DNA of 29,333 nt from positions 591,009 to 620,341 of the forward strand of contig CP070804.1 in assembly GCA_020343635.1 (NCBI GenBank), written 5' to 3'. The notes under the pieces were generated by a model. That model was not told the origin of the DNA, searched no databases, and was given only the letters and a program-made list of their open reading frames with translations. The DNA comes from Candidatus Aenigmatarchaeota archaeon. GTDB lineage: Archaea; Aenigmatarchaeota; Aenigmatarchaeia; QMZP01; JAFGSV01. A program made the translations under genes and the position numbers. This document shows, piece after piece, positions 1 to 7,359 of the stretch (its first letter is position 1; each line of letters opens with the position of its first letter).

Positions 1-291
1 AGCGTTGACCTTTTTGTCATCACCGGTCCACATGTCCCTGGCGTCCCTGCGTATGACCTTCGGGTTTTTGTCTATCAGAACAACATTCATCCCGCCCCCG
101 GAGAACATGCCCGAGACCTTATGTTTTCCCTTCTCGAAGGTCTGCAGGGGTTCCCCCTCCTTTTCAAGTATGGCGGTTTCGCCCTCAGAAAGCTCTATCT
201 TCTTGCCTGTGAATCCGCCAATCTGTGAGACACTGATTCTCTGGGCCACAACAGCCTCCGATCTCTCCCACTTCTTGGCCATCTTTATCAT
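1..291 (-). CDS. SPFH/band-7-like protein, N-terminal 97 codons, truncated by the window edge
   Basis: Not in the ORF track; translated by hand: MIKMAKKWERSEAVVAQRISVSQIGGFTGKKIELSEGETAILEKEGEPLQTFEKGKHKVSGMFSGGGMNVVLIDKNPKVIRRDARDMWTGDDKKVNA. The 'l.egEtAil...G.....f..G.h' and 'mwT.Dd..v' patterns resemble the SPFH N-terminal strands. Alternative start is the ATG at 282. Confidence 0.6.
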   Translation of the reverse strand, partial: MIKMAKKWERSEAVVAQRISVSQIGGFTGKKIELSEGETAILEKEGEPLQTFEKGKHKVSGMFSGGGMNVVLIDKNPKVIRRDARDMWTGDDKKVNA

Positions 292-312
292 TTTGTCGCG
301 TAACTTAAAAAT

Positions 313-2037
313 TCAGGCTTTGGTCCTCTGCACCACGGAGTCGTGTACATTGATATCCTTCTCAACGACTTCCCCTTCTTCCCCGCTCCCTATCTTGGAC
401 CTCTGGACAACAGAATCTATGATGTTTATTACCTTCTTTATCTCGACCTTCTCCACCTCATGCGCGTCCGTTCCGGTGGTTATGGTATGCCTTATTATGC
501 CGGCTATCCTGTCCAGGTTCTCATCGAGGTGCTCACGGCTTTCGGAGTAGAGTTTCAGTATGAGATGGACGAAGTCCTCGTCCTCCTTTATTACAACCGT
601 CAGCAGGTGGTGCACGTTCTCAAGCCTGAACGAGTACCTGAGCATCACCTCGCCTTCGAATTTGTGCTCAGATACAAGCTCCATGTCCTTGCAGTTATCC
701 GTGACGTGCTTCATCAGTATGCTCCCCTTTATGTTCCTGAACGTGTATCCCCTCTGCTGGTGGAAGAATTGCTTCTCCAGCTCATAGTACAGGCTTTGGG
801 CTACCGGGTACGCGGTTATGCTGCGGTCAAGATGGGCCTTTTCTGTCCTGAAGTGTTCATCACCCTCGAATGCCTTTTTCGGCGGACCAGCGGAGTCAGC
901 GACATTCGCTATTACGGGTCTTATATACTCCTCATATTTCACACCCTTATCGTCATGCATGGTGACACTTCCCCTTGCTATCCTGTGCTTCCCCGGAATT
1001 CCCATCTTCATGCTCCATGAGGCTCCATACTCGTCACCGGGCAAGAGCTTGTCGAATTCCTTGGGATTGCTATGGGGTGCCTGCACATTCTCATCGAAGT
1101 CTATGTCAACCTTTATGTCATAGAGCGTGTTTGATGAGAGGTTCTTTACGAGCAGCACGATCTTGCTGACCTTGCTTACAACGGGATCCGGGTGTATGTG
1201 GGGGGTTATCTGTATCTTCGGCCTTACCAGAACCGATATGGGGGCTATCTCGAAGTCCAGGGTGTCACCTTTCTCACTCTCCCATGTTATGAAGTTGTAG
1301 GGAGAATGGAGCCTGCCCACCTTGCCCGAGGTCTCATAGGAGAATATCCTCACCTCGCCCGGCTTGAGCTTATCCACATCATGGCTTATGCACGCATTCC
1401 TGTCACCTATGGATATTCTGTTCAGGGTCTCTTTGCTGTGATTCTCGACCACCACTTCAAACCTGACGTGCTCCCCTTCCACCACTTCCTCCTTTTCCGC
1501 GTACTGGTCCACACGCGGGTGGGAGATGGTATGCTTGAGCTTGTAGACCTCGTTCTTCAGGTCATCATCATGCTCTATGCTGCAGGCCTTCTCGTAGAAT
1601 TTTATGGCCTTGTCAGTTATTCCGTCATTCTTGCTTGCAAGTGCCGCGGTCTTGTAGCACCATTGGGCTGCGTAGACGCTCTTCGATTCCAGGAACTTCT
1701 CCGCGCCTCTCAGGGCATACTCCACGGTGCTCTTGTGGTCGCCCTTCTTCATCGCGGCCAGTGACGCGGACCTGTAGGACCACCCGGCATTAAAGGTCTT
1801 CTTCTCTGTCTCGCTGTATGACGCCGCCTGCAGGGCGTACTTTATGCCGTCGTCCCATTCTCCGGCTCTTCTTGCAAGTACAGAAAGCATGTGGTAAACG
1901 TAGGCTGCGTTGGCAAGGTCCCCCTTCTTCGCACTGCTTTCCCCCTTCTTCAGCAGCTTTACGGACATCTTTTCGTAGTCTTTCTTCTTTATCGAGGCAT
2001 CCGGGGGCTTTTTTGAGAGCCAGTCAAACATAGTCAT
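313..2037 (-). CDS. Multidomain hypothetical protein: TPR/SNAP-like repeats, two Ig-like (CARDB/DUF11-like) domains, alpha/beta platform-like domain, C-terminal DSVVQR repeats
   Basis: 574-aa ORF. Three helical repeats with an exact 40-aa period (GDLANAAYVY / KKTFNAGWSY / KSVYAAQWCY). Two segments with the Ig-like 'v.v.N.s...l..i.v ... l.PGe' pattern. No signal peptide or TM segment. Confidence 0.8.
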   Translation of the reverse strand: MTMFDWLSKKPPDASIKKKDYEKMSVKLLKKGESSAKKGDLANAAYVYHMLSVLARRAGEWDDGIKYALQAASYSETEKKTFNAGWSYRSASLAAMKKGDHKSTVEYALRGAEKFLESKSVYAAQWCYKTAALASKNDGITDKAIKFYEKACSIEHDDDLKNEVYKLKHTISHPRVDQYAEKEEVVEGEHVRFEVVVENHSKETLNRISIGDRNACISHDVDKLKPGEVRIFSYETSGKVGRLHSPYNFITWESEKGDTLDFEIAPISVLVRPKIQITPHIHPDPVVSKVSKIVLLVKNLSSNTLYDIKVDIDFDENVQAPHSNPKEFDKLLPGDEYGASWSMKMGIPGKHRIARGSVTMHDDKGVKYEEYIRPVIANVADSAGPPKKAFEGDEHFRTEKAHLDRSITAYPVAQSLYYELEKQFFHQQRGYTFRNIKGSILMKHVTDNCKDMELVSEHKFEGEVMLRYSFRLENVHHLLTVVIKEDEDFVHLILKLYSESREHLDENLDRIAGIIRHTITTGTDAHEVEKVEIKKVINIIDSVVQRSKIGSGEEGEVVEKDINVHDSVVQRTKA

Positions 2038-2050
2038 AATTAAATAAAGA

Positions 2051-2068
2051 ACCGAAAAAATTATATTA
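2051..2068 (+). promoter_or_regulatory. Archaeal BRE + TATA promoter for the small zinc-ribbon ORF
   Basis: ACCGAAAAAATTATATTA ends 21 nt before the ATG at 2090; GAGGGGTG SD-like motif at 2077-2084. Confidence 0.55.
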
Positions 2069-2089
2069 ATACCTGCGAGGGGTGTTCAT

Positions 2090-2206
2090 ATGGCTAAATA
2101 CGCGTGCGTCAAGTGCGGATGGGAAGGGAAACCCATTCTAATGGAGCCTGTCACAAAGGTGTGCCCGAAGTGCGGTTCCGTGCAGCTCGAGAAGCTTAAG
2201 AAGTAG
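2090..2206 (+). CDS. Small zinc-ribbon protein, 38 aa (CxxC-x15-CPxCG)
   Basis: Below the ORF-track cutoff: MAKYACVKCGWEGKPILMEPVTKVCPKCGSVQLEKLKK*. Has its own promoter and SD; the stop abuts the convergent RPA32-like stop at 2207. Confidence 0.75.
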   Translation: MAKYACVKCGWEGKPILMEPVTKVCPKCGSVQLEKLKK

Positions 2207-2857
2207 TCAGATCTTCTTTATCTTGCCCGGTGTAGGCTCATAGCAGACGCCTTCTCCCAGAAGCTCGTTTATGACGGCCTCCATGCCCTCCTCGGGGGCG
2301 CCGACCTGCGCAATCAGGTCTCCGTATTTTATCCCATCCTCGTTCTGCTCTATCACCGTAAGGATGTTCTTCCTCAAGTCGCTTTCCTCAGGCCTTGGCT
2401 CTTCAGGCGGGGGTTGCTGCAGATGGCCTCCTGCATGCCTTGGCTGGGGCTGTCTCTGGCCCTTCAGACCACGCAGTATGTCCAGCCTGGCCAGGGCTTC
2501 CTCGTCGGGCGTGATTTTCCTTATCATCTCCGGAACGACGTATATCTCTCCCTCATATTCCCGGACCTTGCCTATGAGGCTGACGATGTCTCCCATGTTG
2601 ACATCGTTGAGAAGCGCGATCTCCCTCCAGAGCTTGGCCCGGATGGTCGCTGTTGAATCATCAATGGTCACTGAAGAAAAGTTGCCGTCTTCGGATGTGA
2701 ACTTTCCGACAACGGTCCCGGCTATCTTCATGCGGGATATGTTCTCCTTGAGGGGGGTGATGATGTAGCTTGGCTCCATGCCTTCCTTCTTCACCCATTC
2801 ACCGCTGACGACATCCACTATCCGGACTTTCTTTGCGGTCTGTCTCTGCATTGGCAT
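2207..2857 (-). CDS. RPA32/RPA2-like ssDNA-binding protein (OB fold + C-terminal winged helix)
   Basis: OB-fold pattern 'IAGTVV..TIDDSTATIRAKLW..GDIVSLIGKVREYEGEIYVVPE', Pro/Gln-rich linker, C-terminal 'LINELLGEG.CYEP.PGKIK'-type wH end (actual: VINELLGEGVCYEPTPGKIKKI). Confidence 0.85.
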   Translation of the reverse strand: MPMQRQTAKKVRIVDVVSGEWVKKEGMEPSYIITPLKENISRMKIAGTVVGKFTSEDGNFSSVTIDDSTATIRAKLWREIALLNDVNMGDIVSLIGKVREYEGEIYVVPEMIRKITPDEEALARLDILRGLKGQRQPQPRHAGGHLQQPPPEEPRPEESDLRKNILTVIEQNEDGIKYGDLIAQVGAPEEGMEAVINELLGEGVCYEPTPGKIKKI

Positions 2858-2875
2858 ACGTAGAATATGTCCCGG

Positions 2876-2895
2876 ATATTTATAGCGTTTTCGGT
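2876..2895 (-). promoter_or_regulatory. Archaeal BRE + TATA promoter for the RPA32-like gene
   Basis: Minus strand reads ACCGAAAACGCTATAAATAT, ending about 19 nt before the ATG at 2857; same ACCGAAAA BRE as at 2051. Confidence 0.5.
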
Positions 2896-3959
2896 CAGGC
2901 GTGCAGTTCGACTATGTCTTTATCCCTAAGCTTATGGTACGGACCGACCTTCTGCTCAGGGAACCTTGCTGAAGGTCCCCATATGCGCGCATGCTTGAAG
3001 TACTTCTCCTGACCGCGAAGAATCTTCTTTGCGACACCCATTACGGTGCAGCCATCTTTCATTATTAGAGGTTCCTTCATGTCAGGGTCATGGCCTATGC
3101 GCTTCATGTACAGCCTTATCAGACCCAGCTTCTTCCATATGGCTTCCCTGAGGTCATCCAGGTTCTCGTCCCTTTCCGCTGATACCTTCACGATGTCTTT
3201 GGTCACCCTGCTGAAATCAAGCATAATGTCTATCTTGTTCAGCACGACAAGCGACGGAACGTATGCCCTGTTCTTCATCAGAGAGTCTATCAGCTGCTCC
3301 TCGTCGATGTTCTCCCTTATCAGTACATCGGCGTTGTGGATCCTGAATTCACCGAGCACCCGCTTTACACTCGCTTTGGAGAGTATCGGTTTCCTTACGG
3401 CTATGTTTATCTTGAGGCCGCCTGTATCCTTTTTCACTATCTTTACGTCAGGCGGCTGCCGGTCTAACCGGAACCCTCCGTTGTATAATTCCTTTCTCAT
3501 AGGCTCCAGCTGGTACACATCATCCAAAAGAAAGATTATGAGATCGGCGCTCCTCAGAGCAGAAAGCACCCGCTTCCCCTTTCCCGTACCCTTGGCAGCA
3601 TCAGCAATCAGCCCGGGAATGTCAAGAATCTGTATCTTCGCTCCCTTGTACACCATCATCCCCGGTATGACGTCGAGCGTGGTGAAATCGTAATGACCCG
3701 TCTTCGAATCGGCATTGGTAAGCCTGTTCAGGAGCGTGGATTTTCCCACCGAGGGGAAGCCCACCAGAAGGACTGTGGCATCACCGGACTTCTTAACGCT
3801 GAAACCCGGGCCGTAGCTGGTGCCGGAGCCCTTCTCGACCTCAGCGCGTAGCTTCGCAAGCTTCGCCTTCAGCATCCCTATGTGGCCCTGGGTGTGCTTG
3901 TTGTACTTCGTCTTCTCAAGCTCCTCTTCTATCTTCTTTATCTCCTCTTGGCGCGTGAT
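2895..3959 (-). CDS. drg: DRG/Rbg1-family (OBG-like) GTPase with TGS domain
   Basis: G1 GFPSVGKST, G2 YDFTT, G3 DIPG, G4 NKID, C-terminal TGS (ARIWG..QKVG..L.DKDIVELH). The track starts at 3875, but the frame stays open to 3965 and encodes the conserved helix TRQEEIKKIEEELEKTKYNKHTQGHIG; the codon at the expected start (3959-3957) is ATC. Confidence 0.9.
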   Translation of the reverse strand: MTRQEEIKKIEEELEKTKYNKHTQGHIGMLKAKLAKLRAEVEKGSGTSYGPGFSVKKSGDATVLLVGFPSVGKSTLLNRLTNADSKTGHYDFTTLDVIPGMMVYKGAKIQILDIPGLIADAAKGTGKGKRVLSALRSADLIIFLLDDVYQLEPMRKELYNGGFRLDRQPPDVKIVKKDTGGLKINIAVRKPILSKASVKRVLGEFRIHNADVLIRENIDEEQLIDSLMKNRAYVPSLVVLNKIDIMLDFSRVTKDIVKVSAERDENLDDLREAIWKKLGLIRLYMKRIGHDPDMKEPLIMKDGCTVMGVAKKILRGQEKYFKHARIWGPSARFPEQKVGPYHKLRDKDIVELHA

Positions 3960-4153
3960 AAATAATCAATATATTGATATTTATATTAAAGCTTAAGGCA
4001 TATTCCATGACCTACAAAGAAGCAGCAACATAAGCTGCAAAAGAAGCAGAAGCTATTCGTTAAATTCCGATGTTAAGATGAAAGCAATAAAACCGAGATA
4101 TAATTCATATTAACCACTTAAGAGTCCTCAAAAGATTTATAAAATTTTCTGTT

Positions 4154-4948
4154 ATGTTAATCCATATGAGGTCGAATGCATCGGAAAAATTGATTATACC
4201 TGAATCTAGGCACAGAGGCCTCTATATTCCAGAGTCGGAGTTGTCTCTGCCGCTGATAGATAATCTGGGTGACTGGTTCAGTGATGGGAAGCCGGCATAC
4301 AGGCTCATCAGGGAATCTGCGCCGTTGGAAAGGAGACTCCTGCTTCAGTTGGCAAGGTTGGACCTTGAGCGTGGTACCCGACATGCAAAATTAGTTCCCG
4401 AGCATGTAAGAGAGGCCGTAAGGCAAGCCGGTATTTACGAACAGGAAATTAAGAAAGGCTATGCCGCATGCCACAGTGACGTAATCGAGTTTTTGCCAAG
4501 GGTGTATGCAACCGAAGGGATGTGGCAATTCAGTAACGAAAATCGTGACCCTGCAATGTACTACCAAGAAATAAAAGACCTTAAGGAAACAAATGATGGA
4601 TGGGAGAAAGTGCGTTCTGAATACACAATTGTAAACTTTACATTGGTGCCGGAAGGTGGTATAATAGTCCCTCGAAAAGATACCAAATTATGGTACTATC
4701 CCTGTGGAATCCCACTAGAGACAACCATAGACCGTGAAGAGGCAATCCAAGAATGGGTGGATGTAGGGCTTACAGAGGAACAGGCAGAAAGAGGGCTTTT
4801 TAAATTTCACAGGCCAGATGAAGTTTCAGGCTTGTATACGGTTATTTCGTCTTATGACAAAGAAGGTACGTTTCACATTAGCATATGCGGCAGACCCGAC
4901 AAAAAGGCCTTTGATGTCGGCTCGTATTCAATGAGAAGGGCTGCCTGA
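4154..4948 (+). CDS. Hypothetical protein, 264 aa (260 aa if started at ATG 4166)
   Basis: Long ORF filling the gap between divergent/tandem genes. TATA-like TTTATAAA at 4136-4143. No motif recognised; third positions look more A/T-rich than the flanks. Confidence 0.7.
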   Translation: MLIHMRSNASEKLIIPESRHRGLYIPESELSLPLIDNLGDWFSDGKPAYRLIRESAPLERRLLLQLARLDLERGTRHAKLVPEHVREAVRQAGIYEQEIKKGYAACHSDVIEFLPRVYATEGMWQFSNENRDPAMYYQEIKDLKETNDGWEKVRSEYTIVNFTLVPEGGIIVPRKDTKLWYYPCGIPLETTIDREEAIQEWVDVGLTEEQAERGLFKFHRPDEVSGLYTVISSYDKEGTFHISICGRPDKKAFDVGSYSMRRAA

Positions 4949-4982
4949 AACCTATAAATGATTCCTTGGAGAAATATATTTC

Positions 4983-6833
4983 ATGGGGACCGAGCTCAAG
5001 AAAGAACTGGGACTTATACACGTAGTAATGCTGTGCACCGGCGCCATAATGGGCACAGGGATATTCATCATACCCGGCGTTGCAGGTGGTCTGATGGGCC
5101 CCGGTTCCATAATACTGTGGGTGCTTATAGGGCTTCTCACAATTCCCATAAGCCTCTGCTTCATAGAGCTGGCGTCAAGCTACAACGTGACCGGAGGACC
5201 CTACGTCTACATAAGGGAGGCCATGGGCGATTTCTGGGGTTTCATAACGGGATGGACCGCCTGGCTCATGGCCTGCATATACATAGGCACGCACACCATA
5301 GCGATACGCTACTATCTCGACTTCTTCTATGAAATGACGTTCGTCGAAGCCGCGGTGCTCTATGCCGGGGTCATAGGAGTGATAACGCTCATAAATTACG
5401 CGGGTGTAAAGCAGGGAGGACGGACACAATTATTCTTAACTTTGGGCACGTTTTCCGTCCTAGCCATATTCATAATACTAGGACTTCCCAAGGTCGATAT
5501 GACTAACTTCGATCCGCTGTTCCCGCTGGGGCTTTCAGCGCTCGGTATGACGGCAGTACTCATAGTCGAGCCCTTCATAGGATGGGAGACTACAACCGTC
5601 ATAGCAGGCGAGGTCAAGGACACCAAGAGGAACATACCTCTGGGACTTGTGATATCCACGATAATCATAATGACATTCTATCTCCTTGTCGTGTTCGTCA
5701 CCCTCGGCGTGATGCCCTGGCAGCTGCTGAAGGATTCCATATCGCCCATGGCTGACGTGATGGCACTGGCCTACGGCAGCGGGATGGGGGCGATTATGAC
5801 GGCTGGGGCAATAATAGTAAGCCTTGCGTGCCTCAATGCCTGGATACTGACGACCGCGAGGCTTCCCTACGCGATGGCCAAGGACAAGCTGTTCCTGGGG
5901 TCTTTCGGCAACATAAACAGGAAGTACAACACGCCCTCGAGGTCACTCCTTGTGCAGGCCGTGATAGCATTCATAATAACGCTGACAGGATCGTACGAAG
6001 GCGCAGTCTTCCTGCTCATGGCCAATGCCCTCATATTATATGCACTGTCCGCGCTGTCCGTCATAAAGCTGAAGAAAAAGCCCGTGGACAGGCTGATAGA
6101 CCTTCCTGTGGCCGTGCCTATGATGGCGCTCCTATTATGCATAATACTCTTCACACAGATACCCTTCGAACTCATGATTTCCGGGCTCATGCTCATAGCA
6201 TTCGGCGTACCCATATACACTATGATAAGGGTCACCTACGACAGGAAGTTCCTGGAGAAGTTCTACAACACGTTCTCCCCCCTTTATGACATATTGTCGC
6301 CCATGTGGTACGGAAAAGGCAGGAGGGAGAAGGTGATACTGAAGGCGAACATAAAAAAGGGCGACATAGTCCTCGACTACGGATGCGCCACTGGAGCGGA
6401 CGTGCTCATGCTCGCTGACAAGGTAGGACGCGAAGGAAAGATAGTCGCGGTGGACATTTCCATAAAGCAGCTCGAGAGGAGCGTAGAGAAGGTCAAGAAA
6501 CTGCCCGGGCACCCGAACGTAGTCTTTGTCAAAGAAGACAGGGAGCTGGTGCCCTTTGAGTCAAGCACATTCGACAGGATAATATCCGTCGGTGTCCTTT
6601 CATATCAGCCCGATCCGGGGAAGCTGCTGCATGAGTTCAGGAGGGTGCTGAGAAAGGGAGGCCGGGTGAGCATTATGGACTTCGGCAGGGCGCTTTTCAT
6701 ACCGAAGGCCAAGTACCTGAAGTCCCGTGAAAGCATAAAGAAGACATTTAATAGCGCGGGATTCAAAAAAATAAACATAGAAAAAACGAGCAGCATTTCT
6801 GCCGAGTACTACTACATAACAGCGGTGAAGTAG
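4983..6833 (+). CDS. APC-family amino acid permease fused to a C-terminal class I SAM-dependent methyltransferase domain
   Basis: TM1 'GAIMGTGIFIIPG', 'ELASSY...GGPYVYI.EAMG', 'GWETT..IAGEVKD.KRNIP', about 12 hydrophobic segments. Then motif I VLDYGCATG, 'VAVDIS' and 'PFESSTFDRII...LHEFRRVLRKGG'. Confidence 0.9.
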   Translation: MGTELKKELGLIHVVMLCTGAIMGTGIFIIPGVAGGLMGPGSIILWVLIGLLTIPISLCFIELASSYNVTGGPYVYIREAMGDFWGFITGWTAWLMACIYIGTHTIAIRYYLDFFYEMTFVEAAVLYAGVIGVITLINYAGVKQGGRTQLFLTLGTFSVLAIFIILGLPKVDMTNFDPLFPLGLSALGMTAVLIVEPFIGWETTTVIAGEVKDTKRNIPLGLVISTIIIMTFYLLVVFVTLGVMPWQLLKDSISPMADVMALAYGSGMGAIMTAGAIIVSLACLNAWILTTARLPYAMAKDKLFLGSFGNINRKYNTPSRSLLVQAVIAFIITLTGSYEGAVFLLMANALILYALSALSVIKLKKKPVDRLIDLPVAVPMMALLLCIILFTQIPFELMISGLMLIAFGVPIYTMIRVTYDRKFLEKFYNTFSPLYDILSPMWYGKGRREKVILKANIKKGDIVLDYGCATGADVLMLADKVGREGKIVAVDISIKQLERSVEKVKKLPGHPNVVFVKEDRELVPFESSTFDRIISVGVLSYQPDPGKLLHEFRRVLRKGGRVSIMDFGRALFIPKAKYLKSRESIKKTFNSAGFKKINIEKTSSISAEYYYITAVK

Positions 6834-6834
6834 C

Positions 6835-7332
6835 ATGAAAGTGAAAGACGTGATGAGCACGAAACTGATAACATTCAAGCCTGAGGATACGCTACACGAG
6901 GCTCTGCAGGTTTTCACCAGCAAGGGGATTTCCGGGGCCCCGGTCGTAAAGGACGGGAAGCTTGCGGGGCTCATAACAGAGCTCGACGTGATAAAGGTCA
7001 TAGACATATACACCCCCAAGGTGCATTTCACATCAATGCCGCATTTCTTCCTTGTGCTTGCGGGACTGAAGAGCAGAAAGAAGGCGACGGAGCTCAAGAA
7101 GAAGATAATGGCCGCCTCAAAACTGCAAATCCAGGATTTCATGACCCAGGATCCCGTCACCATAGAAGAGGACGTGGATATAATGGAAGCCGCCAGAATC
7201 ATAGACACCTATAAAGTCAACAGGATACCTGTGGTGGAGAAGGGAAAGGTCAGGGGAATCGTAACCAGAAACGACATAATAAAGGCCGTGGCCAGGCTGG
7301 ACACCATGCTTACAGAGCGAAGAAAGAAATAA
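6835..7332 (+). CDS. CBS-pair (Bateman) protein with a central insertion
   Basis: 'VKDVMS....ISGAPVV..GKL.GLITELD' and 'IQDFMT.DPVTI....VNRIPVV..GKVRGIVTRNDII'; starts 1 nt after the permease stop. Confidence 0.9.
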   Translation: MKVKDVMSTKLITFKPEDTLHEALQVFTSKGISGAPVVKDGKLAGLITELDVIKVIDIYTPKVHFTSMPHFFLVLAGLKSRKKATELKKKIMAASKLQIQDFMTQDPVTIEEDVDIMEAARIIDTYKVNRIPVVEKGKVRGIVTRNDIIKAVARLDTMLTERRKK

Positions 7333-7359
7333 TTTATTTCAATTTCTCAAATTAGATTC

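Noticed and set aside
5-1764. Long plus-strand ORFs (5-550, 343-1020, 1192-1764)
   Set aside because: They are antisense shadows of the real minus-strand genes and have no protein-like motifs. The same applies to the many antisense ORFs over the atp operon, gatE and drg.
3985-4110. Possible decayed small membrane-protein gene on the minus strand
   Set aside because: Hydrophobic fragments (ELYLGFIAFIL, IASASFAAYVAASL) lie in different frames with stops between them; too short to support.
4154-4948. Diversity-generating retroelement target
   Set aside because: No reverse transcriptase and no template/variable repeat pair differing at adenines is visible in the window.
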